Positions 1 through 8,915 of a stretch of 64,000 nucleotides of DNA are shown in pieces (the first letter of the stretch is position 1; every line of letters begins with the position of its first letter). The DNA is from a virus. The DNA is taken from positions 96,001-160,000 of IMG/VR virus record IMGVR_UViG_3300030329_005082. One strand, written 5' to 3'. Under the pieces are notes generated by a model, which was not told the origin of the DNA, ran no database searches, and saw only the letters and a list, made by a program, of their open reading frames with translations. The translations under genes and the position numbers were made by a program.

Positions 1-2556
1 CAGTTGTGCATATGGTCTTTTGCTGCCAAAGATCTTATTTTTGGAAGCGCGATCAACAATATTCTTTGTCCAATGCCAGCCGTAAATACCAGCAGGAGTA
101 TTGTATTTAGTCCCTGGGTTGATGCCTACCTTTTGCACATCTGTGAAACTTACTAAAAAATTAGGGTCTCCAATCGCATTCATGATAGCGTCCCGATCAG
201 GATTGGAACTTATTTTAAGCTCTTCTTCTAGAACCTCTTTGATGAGGCTCCTTATTAGGCTGACAGTTTTAGACTCATTCTTTCCTGGGAGGTTTTTGTA
301 CTGTGGGTCATCCTTGGACAGGAGTGGCTGCTTTGTTTCAAATTCTTTGACTATTATGTCCCATTGTTTTTGGACCAATTTCTCAATTACATCAACGTGT
401 TCGTCAAAGTAAGTAAGGAACGTCATGTTCTGTAGGATTTGTTTTTCGCTAGTACTAGGCTCAAAAGCAATAACAACTGCACCCATGGCTTTATAGGTCG
501 GAGCGTTACCACTATATTGCGGGCTCGCAAATGTCTCTGGGTACAGATAGAATTTTATTGAATCTAGCGCATTAAGAGCGGGGGTTACGTCTTCTTTTTC
601 TTTTTCCGGAAGTCCAGCCATGGGAAGCTCTAATTGCTTGTGGGCAGCTTGAGCAGCATCCATAATCTCATCTGATAGAGAATTGATCATAGGCTTGGAG
701 TGTACAGGAGCTAGTTGTACCCCTCTCTTACGCAAGTAGATTGTTGACTTCATATTCTCCCAGTCACGAAGACTCCAGCCGAAAACATCTGCCATTGTTG
801 GAGACTGTGCATATTCAAGTGGTTTTTCTGAGTTACCAGAAGCATCTTTACGGGGCCCTGGGACTGGATAATTGTCTAGCTCAAAGAAAGCTGCGACTGT
901 CAATACACCGGCTCTTGTAAGAGGGGCATCTACTTTAAAGTTCTTTAGTTGTTTGCCAGCGATGATTTCTTCTTCTTCGTCAGTTGTGTCCAGAAGCTCT
1001 CCATAAGGAGTCTCTTGCATCCAGCCATCTTCCATCATAGAGTTGATAATGGCTTCCTTGACTTCATCATAAGACTCAACGACATTGGAAACATCTTCTA
1101 TGAGTTCTCGGGCTCCATCAAGTTGTAATCCCCATGATTCTATCTTTCCGAAAATACGCAATATAGCCTTACCAGTGACACTGCGTTGAATGCCAGCATC
1201 CCAATCTTCTATGTGAGCATCAGGTACATACCACTCGCTATCTTCGTAAGCAGCCTCGGCTAAGCTGGCTAAAGTTCTTAGGGGCTCCAAGCGATTGAGA
1301 GCCTGAAAGGCTTCTTTTTCGTCTTTGGCTCCAACCATTGGGGCTTTTATCATCCCCTCTTCAAGGTAAAAATCAAACTCAAAGTCAATAGACACATTGA
1401 CTTCTGGCATCTCATTCCATTCGTCCCAGTCAACACTTATATTTGACCTAACATCTTGGTGATCTAAATATGAATGCTCTAGGTCTAGAATTGCATTCCT
1501 GGCTTCATCAACAATTTGTTCAATCCGATCTTCGCCAACAAAATCAATATCATCTTCGTCACCAGATACATCAACTGAATCAGAAGGTCCATACATCTCT
1601 AGTGCATCGGAGAGTTCTATGTTTTCCATGCCGATCAAATTATTAAACATGGTGTGTTCAGAACTGTCAGAATATGAACCACCTCTGCGAACAAAGTCTC
1701 CAAGCCATAACTTCTCGGAGAAGACGGGATGGCTCTTCTGAATATCTCTTGCCCAGGCAATAACAGTATTCAAGAAACCAGGGACAGGCTTACCATAGAT
1801 CCGAGTCTCAGGCACGAGTAGTGCTAGCGGTTTGCCTTGGGTTGCTAGTTTTGGATTATCTAAGCGACGAAGGCGAACACGAGCGATGGGCCTGATACCA
1901 GAAACGCCACGGTCGCGATCTGCAAATAATTCATGGTCGTCAAGATGTTCCTCTGCTTTTTTATAATCGTCGCCATCAATAAGATAAGCGATAGCACCGG
2001 CACGCATAGCATCAGCAATTGCACACTTGAAATAATCATGACCCTCTGAGTGGCATGATGTGATTCCTTCTTGTCCAAAGTCTGACATTCTCAGAACGTC
2101 TACTGGATGCTGAGAAATCACAACAGCATATTTGGTATCTAATACGTCCGGATTGCCGAGGAAGTTTGCTTGGAACTTGTTCCACCACTTTTGAACTTTT
2201 TCAGGAAGCTCTTTGCCAATGGTTTTTCCAAGTCTTGTTTTTCTTTCCCTTTTTCCGACACGGGTTTCAATTTCTTGAGTTGCGGTGCCGTCTTCAAGGT
2301 TGACTTGAATGCCCTTGGCTGCCAAAGGCGTGACAATATAATCGTAAAAATTCTGGATTTCTTCATTATCGGAAGCCATCATAGGAATCAAGACACGCTC
2401 TTTGCCGCCAAAGACAGGAGACATTTCCGACTGTTCTAAATCTTTGGCAGCGTCTACGACATAATCGTAAACCTCTGAACTAATCTCATCTAACCTACGG
2501 AATGGTTCTCTCTGGTCAGCTAAATACTGATTCCAGCTATGGAGCAAATCTTTCAT
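1..2556 (-). CDS. Large (>852 aa) multidomain hypothetical protein, probable internal head protein; runs off the left end and is absent from the ORF track
   Basis: ATG at 2556 after GAGG. I translated ~2556-1980 and 300-1 with no in-frame stop: MKDLLHSWNQYLADQREPFRRLDEISS...ISQHPVDVLRMSD...SCHSEG...SLIRSLIKEVLEEE...VGINPGTKYNTPAGIYGW. The middle was not fully translated. Confidence 0.85.
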   Translation of the reverse strand, partial: MKDLLHSWNQYLADQREPFRRLDEISSEVYDYVVDAAKDLEQSEMSPVFGGKERVLIPMMASDNEEIQNFYDYIVTPLAAKGIQVNLEDGTATQEIETRVGKRERKTRLGKTIGKELPEKVQKWWNKFQANFLGNPDVLDTKYAVVISQHPVDVLRMSDFGQEGITSCHSEGHDYFKCAIADAMRAGAIAYLIDGDDYKKAEEHLDDHELFADRDRGVSGIRPIARVRLRRLDNPKLATQGKPLALLVPETRIYGKPVPGFLNTVIAWARDIQKSHPVFSEKLWLGDFVRRGGSYSDSSEHTMFNNLIGMENIELSDALEMYGPSDSVDVSGDEDDIDFVGEDRIEQIVDEARNAILDLEHSYLDHQDVRSNISVDWDEWNEMPEVNVSIDFEFDFYLEEGMIKAPMVGAKDEKEAFQALNRLEPLRTLASLAEAAYEDSEWYVPDAHIEDWDAGIQRSVTGKAILRIFGKIESWGLQLDGARELIEDVSNVVESYDEVKEAIINSMMEDGWMQETPYGELLDTTDEEEEIIAGKQLKNFKVDAPLTRAGVLTVAAFFELDNYPVPGPRKDASGNSEKPLEYAQSPTMADVFGWSLRDWENMKSTIYLRKRGVQLAPVHSKPMINSLSDEIMDAAQAAHKQLELPMAGLPEKEKEDVTPALNALDSIKFYLYPETFASPQYSGNAPTYKAMGAVVIAFEPSTSEKQILQNMTFLTYFDEHVDVIEKLVQKQWDIIVKEFETKQPLLSKDDPQYKNLPGKNESKTVSLIRSLIKEVLEEELKISSNPDRDAIMNAIGDPNFLVSFTDVQKVGINPGTKYNTPAGIYGWHWTKNIVDRASKNKIFGSKRPYAQL

Positions 2557-2565
2557 TAATGTTCC

Positions 2566-3513
2566 TCACGCCTTTAAAACGACCTTCAATAAATAGGCAT
2601 CAGAATCAATAAAGGCGGCATTGTCTTTACGGTCGCTGAATACATCGGCTGGCATCTCCCCAATGTCTTTATAACCGGACGTGTCCATGAGTCGGACTTC
2701 TACGTCATAAGCCAGCAACGCTTTCACCAACTTCATGGCTTTTTTCTGGGCGTCAGCATCCAACCCCAACAAGACTGGTGTGTCGTTTTTTACGATCTTC
2801 CGAAAGAGTCGGCTGTCTTCTCGTAGGGTTGAGCCGAGCAGCGGAATGCTGTTCTCGCCAGCCACAATAGCGTCAAAAACACCCTCAACCAAAGTGACCT
2901 CTCGTTCCCAGTCAATCAGCAGTTCGTTGAAGATGATGTCTTTGTTGCCGGGTCCGTTGAGATACGGAGGCCAGACATTAGGATCATATGTGCGGGACGT
3001 GAAAAAGTTACAGTAGCCGTCTTCGTCAAATGAAGGGAGGATAATCCTGTTTTTGTATTCCCCGGAAGCGCAGTAGCCGATCTTCCAATAAAGGACGTCT
3101 TTCTGTTCAACGGCACGTTTGCGTAAATAGTTTAGGGGCACTCTTGCCGAGGCAGGGTGAGAGCGACCAGTTAGTGTTTGAAACTCATTTGGAAGGTCAA
3201 TTCGCTGTTTTATTTCCTCTTCTTTCGCAAAGAGGTTGTCTAGGTCGCCTAGCTCAATATCGGCGTCAAATTCCTTCCATCTATGGATGTGACTTATATC
3301 GCCCCAACGACGCACTATGCGTCGTAAATTTTTGGTACGCCAGTCACATGTCCAACACTTGGCAACATTCTTATCAATATTGATTGATAGCTTTGGCTTG
3401 TGGTGCTGGCAACATCGTGAAGGATAAAGGAGTTCCTTGCCCTGCCGGTGAGGGCGACCAAGGATCTCATCTAGGATTCGCTTCTTTTTGGCTGAGGTTG
3501 GATCGTTGAACAA
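2566..3513 (-). CDS. dnaG: Phage DNA primase (Zn finger + Toprim)
   Basis: CCQHH...CWTC zinc finger; Toprim motifs LVEGVFDA and LDAD. Confidence 0.9.
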   Translation of the reverse strand: MFNDPTSAKKKRILDEILGRPHRQGKELLYPSRCCQHHKPKLSINIDKNVAKCWTCDWRTKNLRRIVRRWGDISHIHRWKEFDADIELGDLDNLFAKEEEIKQRIDLPNEFQTLTGRSHPASARVPLNYLRKRAVEQKDVLYWKIGYCASGEYKNRIILPSFDEDGYCNFFTSRTYDPNVWPPYLNGPGNKDIIFNELLIDWEREVTLVEGVFDAIVAGENSIPLLGSTLREDSRLFRKIVKNDTPVLLGLDADAQKKAMKLVKALLAYDVEVRLMDTSGYKDIGEMPADVFSDRKDNAAFIDSDAYLLKVVLKA

Positions 3514-4122
3514 TTAGTATCCGAGTTCTTTAAGTTGCCTAATAGTATTATCCACGTCATCTGGATTATGTTTAATGGCAATGCCGCCACCAGCAATAAA
3601 CTCGTTGATATACTTGTCACGATCATCAATCAGAAGACCTTGCTTGCCCTTGTGGGTTCCGAAGGGCTCTTTGGTATCTGATAGATTGACTAGATTTCTT
3701 GGCAATCCCAACTCTCGTTCTACCCAAAGACGCTTACCTTCTCTGGATCCCTCTGCCATGGGTGCTGAAAGAATTTCAATGCCTGGGATGTTTTTTGCAT
3801 AATCCCATAATTTCTTTCCGCCTTTTTCCCAGCCGAGGTTAGCCCACAATTCTACGTCGTCCTCTACAAGACGATACATAAAATCACGAGTGCGATAGTT
3901 TCGGGGGAAACTCTGTTCGGAACTGTCGGGTCTGGCGATGTGCCAGCGGTCAATCTCCACATCCCAGCCGCCAATCTCTTTGGCAGTTGATCTGGCTAAC
4001 TTGTGTAGTGGATCGTCCGGACTATCCTTGAGGCGTTTCATTTCCTCGTTCATGTATTTAAGCACGCCTGTTTCAAAATCTACAAGCACGCCATCCATGT
4101 CCATAAAGACTTGATGATTCAT
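3514..4122 (-). CDS. HAD-superfamily 5'(3')-deoxyribonucleotidase-like protein
   Basis: DMDGVLVDF motif I, ILSAP motif II, K-x-x-W, LLIDD motif IV; SD GGAGG. Confidence 0.8.
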   Translation of the reverse strand: MNHQVFMDMDGVLVDFETGVLKYMNEEMKRLKDSPDDPLHKLARSTAKEIGGWDVEIDRWHIARPDSSEQSFPRNYRTRDFMYRLVEDDVELWANLGWEKGGKKLWDYAKNIPGIEILSAPMAEGSREGKRLWVERELGLPRNLVNLSDTKEPFGTHKGKQGLLIDDRDKYINEFIAGGGIAIKHNPDDVDNTIRQLKELGY

Positions 4123-4142
4123 AACGGTACTCCTCCGTATGA

Positions 4143-4172
4143 ATATTATCGCATATATTTTATGGAAGTCAA
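4143..4172 (-). promoter_or_regulatory. Sigma70-type promoter for the HAD-primase unit
   Basis: TTGACT (4172-4167), 18 bp, TAATAT (4148-4143), or 16 bp to GATAAT; lies in a short intergenic gap ahead of GGAGG-ATG. Confidence 0.6.
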
Positions 4173-4176
4173 GAAG

Positions 4177-4620
4177 TTATTTATCTTTTTTATTGCGAGG
4201 CATGTCACGACGGGCATTTTTTTTGCTTTGCATTTCCAATTCGTAACGCTCTCTGGCTTTTCGTAAGATATCATCGTTCTGTTGCTGCTGTCTTGCTTCT
4301 TCTTCTTCATCTTCAGGAGTTACTTCGGCTGGTACTGGCCAAGCTGGCTCTTCTTTGTTTCCTGGCGGTAAACCTTCTTCAACCATGCTTATGAGGTCTT
4401 CTAGTTTGTTTTGAACATATTTTGCTAAACCAAAGGCATCTGTACTCACATCATCTGCTAATGGACTTCCGGGTTTACGGGCTTCACCAAGAGACTCCAG
4501 GGCTTTCAATAAATGACCTAGTGCCTCACTGTTGCTGCCGTAACTGCCACCTTTAGGGCGGGTAAGTCCGCCAACTTCTTCTCTGATGATTTTTGCTAGT
4601 TGTGATTTTGTAATCTTCAT
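4177..4620 (-). CDS. Hypothetical protein with N-terminal MKITKSQLAKIIREE tag
   Basis: Start moved from the track TTG to ATG 4620 (GAGG upstream); N-terminus shared with the neighbour, bodies unrelated. Confidence 0.75.
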   Translation of the reverse strand: MKITKSQLAKIIREEVGGLTRPKGGSYGSNSEALGHLLKALESLGEARKPGSPLADDVSTDAFGLAKYVQNKLEDLISMVEEGLPPGNKEEPAWPVPAEVTPEDEEEEARQQQQNDDILRKARERYELEMQSKKNARRDMPRNKKDK

Positions 4621-4631
4621 TTTGTTTGCCC

Positions 4632-4973
4632 TCAATCTCGCTGTCGGCGGCTTACAATATTTTTAGCCGTCAGTTGCGCTAAGTCAATTCTATCAACACC
4701 GGAAAGTTCGGTCAGTCCATTGTCTTCTAGGTATGACCGTACTAAATTTTGTATTTCTGAATTTCTCATTAGCATGTGTAAAACATTGTTTTTTAGAGCC
4801 TCTTCGTCAGTGCCGCCAGGGAAGGACTCGCCCCTCCAAGATTTCCCGGTGATATGGCCCCCTAGTTGGTGGGCTAGTTTCACCAGATCATCATATCTAT
4901 CAGAAACACCGATTTGGTGATGCCGAATTTCTTCTCTAATGATTTGTCGTAGTTGAGACTTGGTGATTTTCAT
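4632..4973 (-). CDS. Hypothetical protein with N-terminal MKITKSQLRQIIREE tag
   Basis: Start moved to ATG 4973 (GGAGGG SD). Confidence 0.75.
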   Translation of the reverse strand: MKITKSQLRQIIREEIRHHQIGVSDRYDDLVKLAHQLGGHITGKSWRGESFPGGTDEEALKNNVLHMLMRNSEIQNLVRSYLEDNGLTELSGVDRIDLAQLTAKNIVSRRQRD

Positions 4974-4994
4974 TACTTTACCCTCCGGGTACAA

Positions 4995-5000
4995 TAAATA
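4995..5000 (-). promoter_or_regulatory. Putative late-promoter box (CTATTTAT)
   Basis: TANTTA motif recurring upstream of many genes in gene orientation. Confidence 0.5.
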
Positions 5001-5005
5001 GTATG

Positions 5006-5575
5006 TTAATCAACTAAAACTATCTTCTCTGTTAGGAACCCTTTGTTGTCTTTGTTTCTCAAAAGATATTCACCAGCACGGGCAATCACTATGGCGTCTG
5101 CCCTGTCGTCAGTTCCCTTCTTGTAGTTTCTTCCGCCACGAGCCATTTCGTACTTGAATGCTGTCTTTTCTTTTTCAATCACAGCTTCAATGACCATCTT
5201 CTTTCTTTTTGGTCCCTTTGTTCCACGGGGAAATGACAATCCATACAAAGACCTGGCACTGTTCACATTAATATACGTTGGTTCTAATTCAAACGTATCA
5301 TAACACATCCATGAAACAATGCCGTTGAATTTGGCTAGTTTCATAATTGTGTCGGCTCTGGACCTTCCAGGGATGAACTTCTTGAGAGCGGTTTCAATAA
5401 AAACATGTTCTATGTCATGATCTCTCAATTGCCAGAGTTCTGATCCGATCAGTTCTGCTTTTTGGAATAGGTTGTCTGCCTTTGAGATGTCCCAGTGGTC
5501 GCTGAGGATTAGTTGACGATCGTCTATAAGAGCAACACCGACTATTGCGGTGGAAATGTCTAAGCCTAAAATCAT
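5006..5575 (-). CDS. ruvC: RuvC-like Holliday junction resolvase
   Basis: ILGLDISTA (D), FIET (E), DDRADAI (D-x-x-D) catalytic pattern. Confidence 0.88.
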   Translation of the reverse strand: MILGLDISTAIVGVALIDDRQLILSDHWDISKADNLFQKAELIGSELWQLRDHDIEHVFIETALKKFIPGRSRADTIMKLAKFNGIVSWMCYDTFELEPTYINVNSARSLYGLSFPRGTKGPKRKKMVIEAVIEKEKTAFKYEMARGGRNYKKGTDDRADAIVIARAGEYLLRNKDNKGFLTEKIVLVD

Positions 5576-5586
5576 ACCTTAGTTTA

Positions 5587-6780
5587 CTACAGGTCAAGCT
5601 TTAGTTTAAATGTGTATTCGTCAATCTCTTTTTTCATGACGGGGTTCGCAAGCTTTGCTACGCCAATAAGATTTTTGTCTTCGTCAAAGATGCCGATCTG
5701 CGTGATGAAAGTTTGCTTTTGAAACTCATCTTCAAAATCACAGTATTGACTTTCTATAGTATTCTTGATAACAAGTTGACGTGGTTCTATATAGCCCTGG
5801 CTGCCGGTTATGGTTAGTGATCGCCAATCACCATTTGAAGAACTCAACCAAGTTGGGTTTGTTGAGTTGTTTAGTTGTCCTGGCTGGGCTGTTGCAAACA
5901 TAGTCATCGTTGGAATCTTTTGTGTACCTTTAAAGGTCACCATGCTAAGACTTGCCGTTGGGAATCCGCCTGCACTACTTGTGCCAGTATACGTCCCGAA
6001 ATAGGTCCATTTAGGATTGACGTTTGTGGCTGCATTGCCAGTCCCAAGATAATCATCATATGAAGTGGTGTTGATATTTGCGGAAGAAGTTAACAGAATA
6101 AACCCTTCATTATACAAAACAACACCAACAATTGACCCACTAGTTGCACCCATTGTTGAAATAAGTTCGCCATTACGCCGAGAGTCTACTGCTTGAGCCA
6201 TCAAAGACCCTGTATAGTAAAACTTAAGATCTACTGAACCTTTCTCAATTCCAGACTCAAAGAAGATGGAAGGAATCTCTATCATGTTCACGTTGCCGTG
6301 ATCATACGCATCGGTATATTCATAACTGTCGCTAATATAACGATAGTAGTTCATTGTGTTTTGCAAGGCTATTAGCTTCTTGCGGTTAGTTACGAAAGCG
6401 TTTTTCTGTGCTTCTGTTCCCGCCGGAAACGGGTTAGTCGTTGTGTGAAAATATTGACGACTCAAGGAAGCTGTCAAGGGATAAGACCCTGTGATCATTT
6501 CGCCGGGTTCCATGTTTTCATATGAGGCAGTTGTTACATTTGGAAAAGATAACCAAAACCCATCTTTGATAATAAATGGGTAGATCAGTTGTTGAACAGT
6601 ACCGTCGCGATCAACATTATACTCGTATAAACTAATAGAACCTGTGGGAATGTTTCTTCCCATGTTTCTATCATTGTTGATATAGGCTGATCCGCTATAA
6701 AAGACAAATTCATATTCCGGACGGGTAACCATCCGATTTATGAATATATCGTCTTGACCGAATTCGTGGAGGTATGACAT
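5587..6780 (-). CDS. Virion structural (baseplate/tail-associated) protein
   Basis: C-terminal ITQIGIFDEDKNLIGVAKLANP motif typical of tail-collar/baseplate-attachment domains; paralog of 6792-7868. Confidence 0.6.
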   Translation of the reverse strand: MSYLHEFGQDDIFINRMVTRPEYEFVFYSGSAYINNDRNMGRNIPTGSISLYEYNVDRDGTVQQLIYPFIIKDGFWLSFPNVTTASYENMEPGEMITGSYPLTASLSRQYFHTTTNPFPAGTEAQKNAFVTNRKKLIALQNTMNYYRYISDSYEYTDAYDHGNVNMIEIPSIFFESGIEKGSVDLKFYYTGSLMAQAVDSRRNGELISTMGATSGSIVGVVLYNEGFILLTSSANINTTSYDDYLGTGNAATNVNPKWTYFGTYTGTSSAGGFPTASLSMVTFKGTQKIPTMTMFATAQPGQLNNSTNPTWLSSSNGDWRSLTITGSQGYIEPRQLVIKNTIESQYCDFEDEFQKQTFITQIGIFDEDKNLIGVAKLANPVMKKEIDEYTFKLKLDL

Positions 6781-6791
6781 GCAGCCTCCCG

Positions 6792-7868
6792 TTAGTAATC
6801 TAGTCTAACCCTAAGAGTGTACTCGTCTGCTGGAGTCTTCTTTAGAGGCTCGCTCAATTTGCCGACAGCCAACAACTCATTGTTTGCTCCATAGAGACCA
6901 ACAGTTGTGATGTAGGAGACTGGATCATCCGTACTCACATCTTTGACTCTAATCTTGCTAGAGTTTAGGTAAGTTGGGTTACTGCTGTAATTGAACTCAT
7001 TAGATCCTGCACGGCAGAAGTAAATTGTTGAGTTTAGTTCGGTTGTGTTGTTAAAGCTGACATTGCGTACTCTGCGACGAAGTGCGTCGCAGCTAGCACT
7101 GATTGCGCCAGAGACCATGAGTTGTGTGGAATTCTGTGCAGCAGGATTCATAGGTCTAGCGGCAGTAGCGATTGGAGTATTGAACACAGAAGACGTAACA
7201 ACGGCAATACCAGCTTGATAGAATACTAGACCAGCAGCAACTCCTGTTGGCTCTCCATCACTAGAGGCAGCCCATAAGACGTTATATTCGCCTGCTGGTG
7301 AGTTTGTCAAAGCATTAGTTGCATTTGTATCAGTTAGAGTAATTAATTCATCGCCTATTGTGGCCGGTGTCAGATCGCTACCAGCATTTAATACTAGCGA
7401 GAACCCGCCGCCGTTGACCTTTTGAATCTCATCCTTTGTGAGGAGTCTGGCAAAATTGATGAAATAAACTCCATTCATTCTACTAGAGGCATCAGAAGTA
7501 CCAAAAGCACCAGAAACATCAAATCTCTGAATATTGCCGTCTGAGTCATACCCACACAACATTTGGGCCATTTCATTGTAAATATCGTTTTTCTGATTGA
7601 GTTGTGTAGGGGAAAGAACTTCACCACCGGCTATTCCAGAATATAAACCAACAGTCAAATCTAGAATGTGGTTTGCTGATGAACTTAGATAAGGGTAATC
7701 ATAAACTGATTGGAACATTCCGTGGGAATAATTCTTTACGTTTTCTTCTGCTCCGAAAGTACCATAGGTTCCGGACAAGATTGTTCCTGTAAGAGGAATT
7801 GCTTCATGAAGCTTTGTTCGGTTCTGTTGAACATCTTCGCTTAGTAGTGTCTTAAAACTCGTTGCCAT
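6792..7868 (-). CDS. Virion structural (baseplate/tail-associated) protein
   Basis: C-terminal ITTVGLYGANNELLAVGKLSEPLKK...LRVRLDY. Confidence 0.6.
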   Translation of the reverse strand: MATSFKTLLSEDVQQNRTKLHEAIPLTGTILSGTYGTFGAEENVKNYSHGMFQSVYDYPYLSSSANHILDLTVGLYSGIAGGEVLSPTQLNQKNDIYNEMAQMLCGYDSDGNIQRFDVSGAFGTSDASSRMNGVYFINFARLLTKDEIQKVNGGGFSLVLNAGSDLTPATIGDELITLTDTNATNALTNSPAGEYNVLWAASSDGEPTGVAAGLVFYQAGIAVVTSSVFNTPIATAARPMNPAAQNSTQLMVSGAISASCDALRRRVRNVSFNNTTELNSTIYFCRAGSNEFNYSSNPTYLNSSKIRVKDVSTDDPVSYITTVGLYGANNELLAVGKLSEPLKKTPADEYTLRVRLDY

Positions 7869-7888
7869 TTGTTATTCCTTCTTATAGT

Positions 7889-8845
7889 CTATATTTTCTT
7901 CAACAACTTCAATGCAATGTCTGTGCGATAGCCAGTTGTGAATCCGGTAACCCTAACGACTGTATCAATTATCCTAACATCGATATCGCCATCGCCAGGG
8001 TCTGTTGTACCAGTTGAACCAAGTTGTGTAAAGAGAGCAGTATTCACTTGTAGGTCAAGCGTTGCTCTTAGGTTGAATTTCAAACGTGTTCCGATTCGTC
8101 CGGTGGTGTCTGTAGAGCCAATCACTTTACCTGGGCTGCGAAGTCCGTCCTGCGTTTGTTCTGTTTCAAAAGGAAGAAAATAGTCTTCATTAGAGTTCGT
8201 GGAGAAATAATAACTCGCTACACTATCATCATCAATAAATGTTGGAGTAGCCAAAGTCCCATCACTAGTTGCTAGTTGCAAGAGTCTGTTATCAACCTCA
8301 ATAATATACTGAGTTTCCATCAAGCTTCTGTTTGTTTCGGACAAAGATCCCAAAGTTAGTTGAGAAGTGTCCAAGCCTTGATCAAATACAATTTTTGATT
8401 CGCTGTCTAATGCACCATCTTGAGATGCTCTATATCCACCAGCAGTAAATGCTGTACCAGTATTGTCCCTAATCGCTGTAGTTGTCGTTGCATCTACGGC
8501 AACACTATATCCGCCGGCAGCCTGCGTTGGCGCGCCAAGAGCAGGAAGGTTGTTCAATTTAATAACAGGCAAATACAACAAAGAGTTATCAGCGTAAGTC
8601 AAAAGCTTATTCTTCAAAACACTTGTATTATTTGTAAAAGCTTCAAACACAGGAAGCTGGAGAATTCTCAAATCTTCATAACCTGAAGATGTTACTGGGG
8701 TATAAAGTGAATAATCAACTTCGTCGTCGCCAAGTGCAAACTTGGAAATTCTAAAGCTGCCATCACCGGCTGCAAGGCGCTTTCTGCCAGCGTCTGTCAA
8801 AACAGCGTCTAGGATGATGTCGCCACTATTATCTAAAAATGCCAT
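7889..8845 (-). CDS. Conserved large-phage virion structural protein
   Basis: MAFLDNSGDIILDAVLTDAGRKRLAAGDGSFRISKFALGDDEVDY N-terminus; SD GAGG; located in the baseplate block. Confidence 0.6.
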   Translation of the reverse strand: MAFLDNSGDIILDAVLTDAGRKRLAAGDGSFRISKFALGDDEVDYSLYTPVTSSGYEDLRILQLPVFEAFTNNTSVLKNKLLTYADNSLLYLPVIKLNNLPALGAPTQAAGGYSVAVDATTTTAIRDNTGTAFTAGGYRASQDGALDSESKIVFDQGLDTSQLTLGSLSETNRSLMETQYIIEVDNRLLQLATSDGTLATPTFIDDDSVASYYFSTNSNEDYFLPFETEQTQDGLRSPGKVIGSTDTTGRIGTRLKFNLRATLDLQVNTALFTQLGSTGTTDPGDGDIDVRIIDTVVRVTGFTTGYRTDIALKLLKKI

Positions 8846-8915
8846 AACTTTTCCTCTTTATAAACTACACTCGCAGTTCTTATTAAGTAGTATCGTTTTA
8901 TCAAAATTATTTTTC

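Noticed and set aside
101-2439. Short track ORFs (101-412, 1860-2078, 2139-2366, 2170-2439)
   Set aside because: They overlap the long minus-strand ORF 1-2556, which has an SD and sensible protein content.
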